From the NCBI GenBank assembly GCA_903847205.1, contig CAINDA010000028.1, positions 4,603-68,602 on the forward strand: a stretch of DNA of 64,000 nt, read 5' to 3'. Shown here piece by piece: positions 50,922 to 58,394 of the stretch. The notes under the pieces are model-generated. The model did not search any database. It was not told the origin of the DNA and was given only the letters and a program-made list of their open reading frames with translations. The first letter of the stretch is position 1. Every line of letters begins with the position of its first letter. The position numbers were made by a program, and so were the translations under genes. The DNA is from an uncultured Bacteroidota bacterium (lineage in GTDB: Bacteria; Bacteroidota; Bacteroidia; 2-12-FULL-35-15).

Positions 50922-52100
50922 TTAAATTGATACTAAGTTTTCCTTTTGATTTACACCTGCGGTTCCATTATCCATAATTATTTTCCAGCTGTCCCATTGT
51001 ATCTTAAACCAGATTAGAACAACTGGTAATGCCTTTATTTTATAGGGTTCAAAAAATTCCTGGCGGATGAAACGCGGGATTAAATCTGTAGGTGCAAATT
51101 CACAGAATATAATTAAGAAAATAAATAATCCAGTATTTACTTTTGAGGATGGTGCATTAAAAAACCATATTACTGCGCCGGTTACAGCTACTATATACGT
51201 TGCCGATTCTGCCATTTGATTGAAGGCGCATAAAAAAGTAAGCACCGAACAGATTAACAGCCCCTGCAATTTTAATTTTATTTCTTCTGATTTAAACATT
51301 CCAGGAAGTATGGGAGCGCATACTATCAGCAGGGCAGGGACTTGTATTATTAAATCATTAAACTGCAGTCCAAACCAGGAGCGGAGAATTCCCATGAATG
51401 AAAACGGAACTGAATAAGCTGCAATGGAAGAAAATTCGCTTTTATATAAAGCGGCTAATTCGGGAATTGAAATAAAAATTAAAGGCAGCGCCATGAAACC
51501 TATAAAGCTTAATGCTGATGCACTGATGAAGGCAGGTTTTCTTTTTGCCATAAAGAATAATGCCGCTGCTGCGAAGCCGTATATTTTTATAAATAAATTG
51601 AGCATACATAATACTGCCGCCCAGGCTTCTTTTTTATAAATAAAACATGCGTAAGAAAACAGCATGACTGCCGTAACCAAAGCATTTATTTGTATGTTCT
51701 GAATGGATGTTACTAATTCGGGAAGTATAGAAAGCAATATCAAAGAGCCTTTGCGCTCATCGTTTTTGAAAACATATTTAAGCGCATAAAACAGCGCTGC
51801 CGAATTTATAATGTTCCATATTAAAACACCTACGGATACAGGCATAAATGAGAATGGCGCTGCAAGTATTGCAAATGAAGGACTGTAGCGGTAGAGATCG
51901 TAATATAAATCGGGATGGAGGAGATAAGGGTTCTGGTGATGACGCAGTAAATCGAAAGAATCAACGAAGATTAAATAGTTATTATATTTTCCTAAAATAA
52001 TTTTCGGAATTGTAGCTCCTATTGTTACTATCAGATACAGCCAGAATAATGTTTTATAATTAAAACCAATGCGCTGTTTCAGGGAATTCAAAAAACTCAT
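50922..52100 (-). CDS. DUF2029/GT87-like polytopic membrane glycosyltransferase (GT-C type)
   Basis: 392 aa, about 10 TM helices. Conserved N-terminal region typical of DUF2029 membrane mannosyl/glycosyl-transferases. Translationally coupled to the GT2 gene (4-nt gap). Confidence 0.55.
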   Translation of the reverse strand: MSFLNSLKQRIGFNYKTLFWLYLIVTIGATIPKIILGKYNNYLIFVDSFDLLRHHQNPYLLHPDLYYDLYRYSPSFAILAAPFSFMPVSVGVLIWNIINSAALFYALKYVFKNDERKGSLILLSILPELVTSIQNIQINALVTAVMLFSYACFIYKKEAWAAVLCMLNLFIKIYGFAAAALFFMAKRKPAFISASALSFIGFMALPLIFISIPELAALYKSEFSSIAAYSVPFSFMGILRSWFGLQFNDLIIQVPALLIVCAPILPGMFKSEEIKLKLQGLLICSVLTFLCAFNQMAESATYIVAVTGAVIWFFNAPSSKVNTGLFIFLIIFCEFAPTDLIPRFIRQEFFEPYKIKALPVVLIWFKIQWDSWKIIMDNGTAGVNQKENLVSI

Positions 52101-52103
52101 TGC

Positions 52104-52856
52104 TTAATTAATTTTATAATAACCTTTTATGCGGCGGATAAATATTTTTATTAAACTTCCGAATAAATTGAAGGAGTCAGATATAAAAGCTACAGTAGTT
52201 GTTTCCTGGTCGTATTTAAAATTAACGGGCATTCCTTTTATCGACAGGTTGTTTGCACGCACCATCACCAGCAGTTCTAAATCAAAACTAAAATCATTCT
52301 GCTGCGATTTAAATAACAAAGGTTTTATATCATCAACAAAAAACATTTTTAATCCTGCCTGATTATCTTCTATGCCCGGTATCAATAATATCTGCGCAAG
52401 CTTGTTGTAGATACGGCTGCTTAAATGCCTTGTAAATATATATCTGAAAAAAGAAGGAGGTATTAAATACCGAGAATCGGGATGAACACGGTTTGCGATA
52501 AGCAGTTCTTTGGCTGAAATGTTTTTGTAAAAGAAATCGATGTTGGATAAATCGTAAGCTAAATCGGGGTCGGTAAAAACCATGAGCTCGGTGGGGCATA
52601 CCGCTATTGCATGTTTTATTGTTCCGCCTTTACCTAAGTTGTGTTCGTTTTTTAAAACTGTATATCTTGCTTTATTCGGCGATGCTGCAGCTGTTTCGTT
52701 GAGTATGGCAAGCGTGTTATCGGTTCCGCCGTCTTCGATAAATAGTACCTGCACATGCTCTCTGCTGTTTAAATAAGCATCAATAACTGCAAATGATTCT
52801 CGTATAAATGAACTTGAATTATAGCAGGGGAAAACGATGGTTAATTTAGGAGCCAT
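52104..52856 (-). CDS. GT2-family glycosyltransferase, polyprenyl-phosphate sugar synthase-like (ArnC/DPM1/GtrB-like)
   Basis: LTIVFPCYN..S......I......EVIFVEDGGTD, a DxD (DPD) motif. 250 aa. Confidence 0.75.
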   Translation of the reverse strand: MAPKLTIVFPCYNSSSFIRESFAVIDAYLNSREHVQVLFIEDGGTDNTLAILNETAAASPNKARYTVLKNEHNLGKGGTIKHAIAVCPTELMVFTDPDLAYDLSNIDFFYKNISAKELLIANRVHPDSRYLIPPSFFRYIFTRHLSSRIYNKLAQILLIPGIEDNQAGLKMFFVDDIKPLLFKSQQNDFSFDLELLVMVRANNLSIKGMPVNFKYDQETTTVAFISDSFNLFGSLIKIFIRRIKGYYKIN

Positions 52857-53628
52857 AAATTTTAGTAAGCGGTACTATTCGGGCGTTAAGATAGATAAAA
52901 TCTTTCAATTCTGATAAAACCTGCATCTCATTTACTCGCTGTTTATTGTAACTGTCAGCAAAATCGACGCTGGTTGTTTCGTAACCGGGATGCACAATCC
53001 ATAAAGCTTTTGTTACATTATTTGCATGCAGAAACTGGAACTGTTTTTTAAGTTTTTCGGAGGTAAAGTTTTCTCCCATTATATTTAAGCCGAATACGGG
53101 AAGCTCATTTTTTAAGGAAGACGCCGAATTATTAAACAGCCATTTTTTTATTCCCCCGTCAGGAGAAATTTCTCTGCCTAAGCGCACATAAGGTATGTTG
53201 TGCTGCTTCGCGAATTCGTTTAACAAGCCTGCAACCTTGGGTATAATATGTATGTGCTGGTGTGTATCAATATGTGTAATAGGCCGGCTGTATGTCCGTT
53301 TTAGCTGATTATACTGCGCTTCAAGTTCTTTTTCGAGCGTGCTGAGCTTTAGTTTTTTGAAATAAAACTGCTGTGCTATTTTAAAAGGACTGTTTAAAAA
53401 GGGCGTGAAATTATTTTTTGTGCTTGCCAGATTAAAATGAAGTCCCACTGATATGTTTTCCTTTTCGGAAAGTAATTTCATGCGGGCATCATCTGCATTC
53501 TGCACCATTACACTGGTTGATGAAACCAAACCCTGCTTCATCATTTCTAAAATACCATCGGAAATAGGTGTGCTGAAACCGTAATCATCGGCATTGATGC
53601 ATAAATCTATTTTGCTGAGGGTATTCAT
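52846..53628 (-). CDS. YdjC/ChbG/HpnK-family carbohydrate deacetylase
   Basis: ADDYGFS..I..GI..L...G.V.STS.M metal-binding N-terminal motif. Overlaps the GT2 start by 11 nt. Confidence 0.75.
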   Translation of the reverse strand: MNTLSKIDLCINADDYGFSTPISDGILEMMKQGLVSSTSVMVQNADDARMKLLSEKENISVGLHFNLASTKNNFTPFLNSPFKIAQQFYFKKLKLSTLEKELEAQYNQLKRTYSRPITHIDTHQHIHIIPKVAGLLNEFAKQHNIPYVRLGREISPDGGIKKWLFNNSASSLKNELPVFGLNIMGENFTSEKLKKQFQFLHANNVTKALWIVHPGYETTSVDFADSYNKQRVNEMQVLSELKDFIYLNARIVPLTKIYGS

Positions 53629-53699
53629 TCGGGCAAAAATAAGGGTTTTTATTTTGCTGTGTATTTTAATGTGTTAGATTGCAGACGGATTTTCTGGAT

Positions 53700-53800
53700 G
53701 TGTTATGCGCAGTTAATCTTTACAAATGACAGAAAGTATCTGTGTTCCTGCTAAGTCTAAACCTCCCGCTCACTCGGCGCGGCCTGCCTGTTTCAGCAGG
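53700..53800. repeat. Dispersed intergenic repeat family 1, copy a (partial)
   Basis: ttatgcgcag..tctttacaaatgacagaaag..ctcactcggcgcg shares motifs with the copies at 54969-55060 and 56880-57050. Confidence 0.5.
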
Positions 53801-53850
53801 AATTATTTTTTCTATTTATATTTCTATAAATTTTCTATCTTCGCTGGTAT

Positions 53851-54948
53851 ATGAAAACAAATCAAATTCAGGAATTTTACCAGCTGCTTAAAAGCGACAA
53901 TCTTTCATTTATATATCAAGGTGATTTTAGCGACGGTATTACCGACAAAATAATTGCCCTGAGCGAATACAGTCTTGAAGACAAACATGAAATGGGAGAA
54001 ATAAGGAGAAAAGTTTCTTTTGTTATTATAGAGTGTTTTCAAAACATTGTAAGACATGGAAATGACGCCCGGAATAAATCCAACAGAACAGTAACATCTC
54101 CAGGCCTATTTTCTACTAGAAATACGAAAGACTGTATTTATATTGCTTCGGCTAATTTGATTGAAAAAGAAAATGTTGCTCAACTGACGGAAAAACTCGA
54201 AAGCCTGAACAAATTGAATAAAGAACAAAAGAAAGATCTGCATATTGATATTTTGAAAAATGGCAAACTTTCGGATAAAGGCGGTGCTGGCCTTGGATTT
54301 ATTGAGATGGCAAGAAAATCTGAGAACCCGCTGGAATTTACTTTTGAGAATGAGAATGATAAACTTTCGTTATTTTACCTGATGTTGAAAATGCATAGTA
54401 AAGGTGTGGTAAGCGAAAAATACGTTTCGATGCAAAGCGTAATTGAATCGTACGATTTAATGCGGAAAGAAAATATATTAATGATTTACAAAGGGGATTT
54501 TTCGCAGGAAACTGTTATTCCTATGCTTAAAATGGTTGAACATAATTTAAACAAGCATAAAGAAGGGCTTCATTTTACAAAGAAAATAGTGCTGGTGCTT
54601 ATTGAAATGCTGCAAAATATATCGAAACATGCTATTGAACTGAATGGTAAAAGAGATTCGATATTTATGATTGGTAAAAACAACAATAAATACATTATTT
54701 GTACCGGCAATATGGTTGACTCTGCTTCTTCAGAAAAATTAAAAACTAAAATAGATGCAGTTAACAATTTGAACCCGGAAGACTTGGTTGTTTTATACAA
54801 GAAGAAATTGAAAGAAAACGCATCCACTGAAAGGGGAGCCGGGCTGGGGATAATAGATATTGCCAGAGAAAGCACTGAAAAAATAGTATTCGATTTACAG
54901 CCGGTAGAAGGCGGGTTGCAATTTTTTTCATTATGTGTTCAAATATGA
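53851..54948 (+). CDS. Protein made of two tandem SiaB/RsbW-like GHKL ATPase (anti-sigma-factor-type Ser kinase-like) halves
   Basis: Each ~180-aa half has I(Y/K)GDFS, an N-box-like E.FQNIVRHG / EMLQNISKHA, and a G2-box GGAGLGFIEMARKS / ERGAGLGIIDIARES. Confidence 0.5.
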   Translation: MKTNQIQEFYQLLKSDNLSFIYQGDFSDGITDKIIALSEYSLEDKHEMGEIRRKVSFVIIECFQNIVRHGNDARNKSNRTVTSPGLFSTRNTKDCIYIASANLIEKENVAQLTEKLESLNKLNKEQKKDLHIDILKNGKLSDKGGAGLGFIEMARKSENPLEFTFENENDKLSLFYLMLKMHSKGVVSEKYVSMQSVIESYDLMRKENILMIYKGDFSQETVIPMLKMVEHNLNKHKEGLHFTKKIVLVLIEMLQNISKHAIELNGKRDSIFMIGKNNNKYIICTGNMVDSASSEKLKTKIDAVNNLNPEDLVVLYKKKLKENASTERGAGLGIIDIARESTEKIVFDLQPVEGGLQFFSLCVQI

Positions 54949-54968
54949 ATTTATCAAGCATTAATGCT

Positions 54969-55060
54969 GATATATGATATTCTGTGCATCGTAGCTTTTA
55001 CAAAGATTCAGTTACCTATCTCCTGCTGTTTTCATTAAACTTCGCGCCTACCTGGGCATT
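54969..55060. repeat. Dispersed intergenic repeat family 1, copy b
   Basis: gatattctgtg..cttttacaaa..aacttcgcgcctacctggg. It overlaps the last codons of the downstream lipoprotein gene. Confidence 0.6.
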
Positions 55061-55416
55061 TTAATAATAGTATTTTTATCGGCTTTCCCTAGCTCATAAA
55101 ATATCGGCTTGTAGTTTTCCTTGGTTAAATAAATGCTCACCTTTTTATTGATACACTTTCTGACTACTGCAGGGATATGCAATTCAAAGTTTCCATTTTT
55201 ATCGGATGAAGTATTCACAACTATACTTGGCATACAATTGTAATTCTGGAGCGTAATTGTTACGTTTTCTAAAGGAATGCTGTCATGTTCTGATACCACC
55301 TGCCCCTTGTAAACTGCACTGCATCCCAAATTGAATAATAATACTATAGGCATAATTATTATCGAGTATAAGTATTTGGTTTTTTTCACCTTTTTATCAA
55401 TGACTTTATTATTCAA
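55048..55416 (-). CDS. Small lipoprotein with a carboxypeptidase-regulatory-like (CarbopepD_reg) fold
   Basis: Lipobox LFNLGC. GQVVSEHDSIPLENVTITLQNY..DKNGNFEL pattern. Paralogous N-terminus to the next gene. Confidence 0.5.
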   Translation of the reverse strand: MNNKVIDKKVKKTKYLYSIIIMPIVLLFNLGCSAVYKGQVVSEHDSIPLENVTITLQNYNCMPSIVVNTSSDKNGNFELHIPAVVRKCINKKVSIYLTKENYKPIFYELGKADKNTIIKMPR

Positions 55417-55432
55417 TATTTGCCGATTTTGA

Positions 55433-55486
55433 AAGTTCGTCAGTATGCCGGTTAAATTAAGCGCAGCTGTATGCTGCGCTTAAGGG
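55433..55486. repeat. Conserved leader motif with a 10-bp hairpin (copy 1), directly upstream of the lipoprotein gene
   Basis: aagttcgtcagtatgccggttaaattaagcgcagctgtatgctgcgcttaaggg. Stem taagcgcagc (55458-55467) pairs with gctgcgctta (55473-55482). Confidence 0.75.
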
Positions 55487-55521
55487 CAAATGAAAATAAT
55501 AATTAATAATCAATTATTAAA

Positions 55522-56010
55522 TCAACGCACTGCATCTGCAATTAATTTTTCGAAAACTCCGGTACTTTTTATTTCTATATTGGGGATAGCTGTGTTGTAG
55601 CATTTTATCTCCATCAAAGTTGCAATTACTGCAGTTTTTTCTCCCGCTTTTTTCACTCTGATATTCCATTCTCCGGTGATATATAAATACTTTTCCTTAT
55701 CAAGTGAATTAACCACAACAAAGGCGTTTGGATTAATTAAATGCCCGTCAACTTCGGTGGAAAATGTTAAAGAACTTTCTTTAGATACTATTAACCCGCT
55801 GGGTTCTTCAATAATTCTGATGGATATTCCTTTGGCGGCTAGTAAATCAATTACCTCTGACCAAACTTCATCTACCGTTTTGGCTGATTCAATATGAAAC
55901 GATGAATCTTGATATTTTCCGATAAGAGCCGTACGCTGTACATTACATGATGTGAAAAGTAATACTATCGGCAACATTATTACAGAGTAAATGTGTATTG
56001 TTTTTTTCAT
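55522..56010 (-). CDS. Hypothetical lipoprotein (162 aa), paralogous signal region to 55048..55416
   Basis: Lipobox LLFTSC. Shares the Y.YS.IM.PIVLLF N-terminus with the neighbouring gene. An A10 tract lies immediately 5' of the start codon. Confidence 0.5.
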   Translation of the reverse strand: MKKTIHIYSVIMLPIVLLFTSCNVQRTALIGKYQDSSFHIESAKTVDEVWSEVIDLLAAKGISIRIIEEPSGLIVSKESSLTFSTEVDGHLINPNAFVVVNSLDKEKYLYITGEWNIRVKKAGEKTAVIATLMEIKCYNTAIPNIEIKSTGVFEKLIADAVR

Positions 56011-56054
56011 TTTTTTTTTGGTTAATTGTTATTACTATTTTTTATGATTTTAAA

Positions 56055-56110
56055 AAGTTCGGCAGGATGCCGGTTAAAGAAAGCGCAGCGGGATGCTGCG
56101 CTTAACGGGG
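56055..56110. repeat. Conserved leader motif with a hairpin (copy 2)
   Basis: aagttcggcaggatgccggttaaagaaagcgcagcgggatgctgcgcttaacgggg. About 80% identical to copy 1, with the same stem. Confidence 0.75.
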
Positions 56111-56116
56111 GTGCAG

Positions 56117-56503
56117 TTAAGGATTTTCTTTAATAATAAGCAGAATTGCCTTTTTTAATTTAGGAATAAAATCAGTACAAATTTCAAAGACAATCTCAGA
56201 TTGAAGCTTTTCATAATGATGAGAAATAATATCACGCAGACGAATAATTTTCACCCACTCAATTTCTGTATGCTTATCCAGTATTTCAGGATACTTTTCT
56301 TCAATTTTCTTTAAATTTTCACCTATTGCCTGCAAACGCATCATAGTTGCATCAAATAAGGTAATACCATGCGAAGACGAATCATAATCACCAGGATTTT
56401 TAATATCTTTTGTACATATATTTATCCTATGAATATGCTCAAGAATATATTCTAATTTTGAAATAAGAACATCATTTTTAGGCATAGATAATTTCTTTTT
56501 CAA
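56117..56503 (-). CDS. hepT: HepT-like (DUF86) HEPN ribonuclease toxin
   Basis: 128 aa. C-terminal RDIISHHY (Rx4HxY HEPN motif). Overlaps the upstream nucleotidyltransferase gene by 26 nt. Confidence 0.75.
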   Translation of the reverse strand: MKKKLSMPKNDVLISKLEYILEHIHRINICTKDIKNPGDYDSSSHGITLFDATMMRLQAIGENLKKIEEKYPEILDKHTEIEWVKIIRLRDIISHHYEKLQSEIVFEICTDFIPKLKKAILLIIKENP

Positions 56504-56768
56504 TAATTGTAAGAAAACGTGTAGATAAACTGCGGCTTTTAGTTACCAAGTCTACTTTTTTGTTCAACAGCTTTTCTAAATACAAATAAGCACCCATCAA
56601 TGAATCAAAAGATGGTTTTTTAAATTGAATTAAAATATCCACATCACTTTCGGCGGTTTCATCACCTCTGGCATAAGAGCCAAATACTCCAATTTCTTCA
56701 ACTCCAAAAGCATTCGAAAGATAATTTTTTTGGGATCTGATTGATTCTATGACGCTTTGATTCTTCAT
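56478..56768 (-). CDS. mntA: MntA-like minimal nucleotidyltransferase antitoxin
   Basis: 96 aa. GSYARG...SDVDIL is the pol-beta NTase signature. Confidence 0.8.
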   Translation of the reverse strand: MKNQSVIESIRSQKNYLSNAFGVEEIGVFGSYARGDETAESDVDILIQFKKPSFDSLMGAYLYLEKLLNKKVDLVTKSRSLSTRFLTIIEKEIIYA

Positions 56769-56879
56769 GTGAAAACAAATTTACAAAAAATAGCAAAGGA
56801 GCACTATGATGAATGAATAATTTATGGGGGAAGGCGGGGTTTAGTTTTTTTATTTTAGTATTTTGGTTGAACTGTCGTT

Positions 56880-57050
56880 GCGCGCTATATGTGATATTCT
56901 GTGTAGGATAAGCGCAGCTTACCTTTTACAAATGACACGAAGCAGCTGCCATCTTGCTTTCGCCGAACTTCGCGCCTACTGGGGCTATTCAATAAACTGT
57001 GTAAGTGTTATCTGCCCTCTTGCTTTCGCTGAACTTCGCGCCTAGTGGGA
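56880..57050. repeat. Dispersed intergenic repeat family 1, copy c, with an internal 45-nt tandem duplication
   Basis: gatattctgtgtaggataagcgcagc..cttttacaaatgacacgaag..cttgctttcgccgaacttcgcgcctactgggg, then cttgctttcgctgaacttcgcgcctagtggg. Confidence 0.65.
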
Positions 57051-57063
57051 TATTATAATCTTT

Positions 57064-57585
57064 TTAATTAAGCCTATCATACTTTCTTTTATATTCGTTG
57101 ATAACCTCTCCCTTTTTTGCTTCTAAAGTTCTTTCTAATTGTAATAACTTTACCAACTCTTCATCAGAAAAATTTGTGGATCTATGATCTGATCGATTTA
57201 TTCCAATTAATTCTAAAATTTCACTTTCATACTTAAGCTGTTTATAGCCATATCTTTTATTATATCTAAATATCATAATCACATATAGCTTGTCTTCGAT
57301 CGGTTTAATTGTTTTTTTTAACTCCAGTTTCCAATCATTTTTCAAAAAACTATTCATTTTATATTTTTTATCGACCAATTTCCTCGCACTATTTATTAGG
57401 TCAGGCAAGTCTTCGGGTGAACTGATTGTTTGCCCCCATTTATTTTTTATATTCATACCAGTTGCCCATGAACTAAGCATATAAACTCCTCCACCTATAA
57501 TGAGTATAAAAATTAAAATTAAAATCCCTTCCATACGAATTTGAGTTTTGTTTCTGATCGATTTACATCGGCGGCAATTTTTCAA
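57064..57585 (-). CDS. Hypothetical single-pass membrane protein. A 173-aa ORF; the likely start is Met17 at ~57537.
   Basis: A TM helix ILILIFILIIGGGVYMLSSW followed by a charged K/E-rich soluble domain. Very AT-rich. Overlaps or abuts the upstream HEPN-like gene. Confidence 0.4.
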   Translation of the reverse strand: MKNCRRCKSIRNKTQIRMEGILILIFILIIGGGVYMLSSWATGMNIKNKWGQTISSPEDLPDLINSARKLVDKKYKMNSFLKNDWKLELKKTIKPIEDKLYVIMIFRYNKRYGYKQLKYESEILELIGINRSDHRSTNFSDEELVKLLQLERTLEAKKGEVINEYKRKYDRLN

Positions 57586-58024
57586 AAAATTCCTTCACTA
57601 AATAGCGAAGGATTGGTGTAGTTATTGAAAGTATTTCTTTATCTCTCTTAGAATTTAAGCCCTTATTTCCATGAAATAGATTACATCTTACTTGATATAA
57701 ACACCACATTACAGTTGATAAATCTACAACTTCAATTTTTACTTGATTATTCTTTTTGGGGCGCTCGTCTTTTATTGATTTTAAAGATAAAATTTTATCA
57801 AACTCATTTTTATATTGTTTATAAACCCGATTAAAAATTTCTTTTGTATCCGAATCTTGAATAATCATTTTTATGGCGGTTCTTTCGGTTTCAGTTGTAA
57901 CTGCGACATAATAGCAATTAAAGGCTATCCAATAACAAATAAATTTATTTACATCTTCTTGTTCATTTTCGCCTTTTTTAATCCAATCATTCATTATTCC
58001 ACAAGTAATTTCTGCTGATGCCAT
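57563..58024 (-). CDS. Hypothetical protein with a HEPN-like Rx4HG motif (153 aa)
   Basis: QVRCNLFHGNKG at residues ~111-122 fits the HEPN Rx4-6H catalytic motif. The rest is predicted all-alpha. No closer family call is possible. Confidence 0.35.
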   Translation of the reverse strand: MASAEITCGIMNDWIKKGENEQEDVNKFICYWIAFNCYYVAVTTETERTAIKMIIQDSDTKEIFNRVYKQYKNEFDKILSLKSIKDERPKKNNQVKIEVVDLSTVMWCLYQVRCNLFHGNKGLNSKRDKEILSITTPILRYLVKEFFEKLPPM

Positions 58025-58072
58025 AGAATTTATTTTAGTCCGTTTTAATTAATTCTAAACAGTGTGATAATC

Positions 58073-58276
58073 TTAAAGGTTCGGTTCTTCCAAAAAATTT
58101 TTATCAAGGTTATTACATAAGCATAGAATGGGACTTCCATTTTCATTCAAGGAAGGGCCAAATTTAAAGTATTGCTGTCCTTCTTTGATTACAACATCTA
58201 TTATTTGATAAATATTATTATCATTAGAATTTCTACGCGTATATTTCTTTCCTTTTTTTTTCTTATTTTCTTTCAT
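58073..58276 (-). CDS. Small basic hypothetical protein (67 aa)
   Basis: Lys/Arg-rich N-terminus (MKENKKKKGKKYTRR). First gene downstream of a -7-like promoter box. ORF only. Confidence 0.3.
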   Translation of the reverse strand: MKENKKKKGKKYTRRNSNDNNIYQIIDVVIKEGQQYFKFGPSLNENGSPILCLCNNLDKNFLEEPNL

Positions 58277-58328
58277 TAGTTGAATAATTTATGATGTTGT
58301 ATATTTTATATAACTATATGTTTAAAGA

Positions 58329-58336
58329 CAAATATA
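58329..58336 (-). promoter_or_regulatory. Candidate -7 promoter box TAtaTTTG for the 67aa / HEPN-like / TM operon
   Basis: Reverse complement of caaatata matches the Bacteroidota TAnnTTTG consensus ~53 nt upstream of the start codon. Confidence 0.3.
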
Positions 58337-58343
58337 TCCAAAT

Positions 58344-58374
58344 AAAAAAGACGAAGCCCCCGGCTTCGTCTTTT
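58344..58374. terminator. Bidirectional rho-independent terminator ending the 58395..59048 gene
   Basis: A6 - gacgaagcc (58350-58358) - ccc - ggcttcgtc (58362-58370) - tttt. A 9-bp perfect stem. Confidence 0.65.
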
Positions 58375-58394
58375 AAAGTTTTATAAAAACATAA

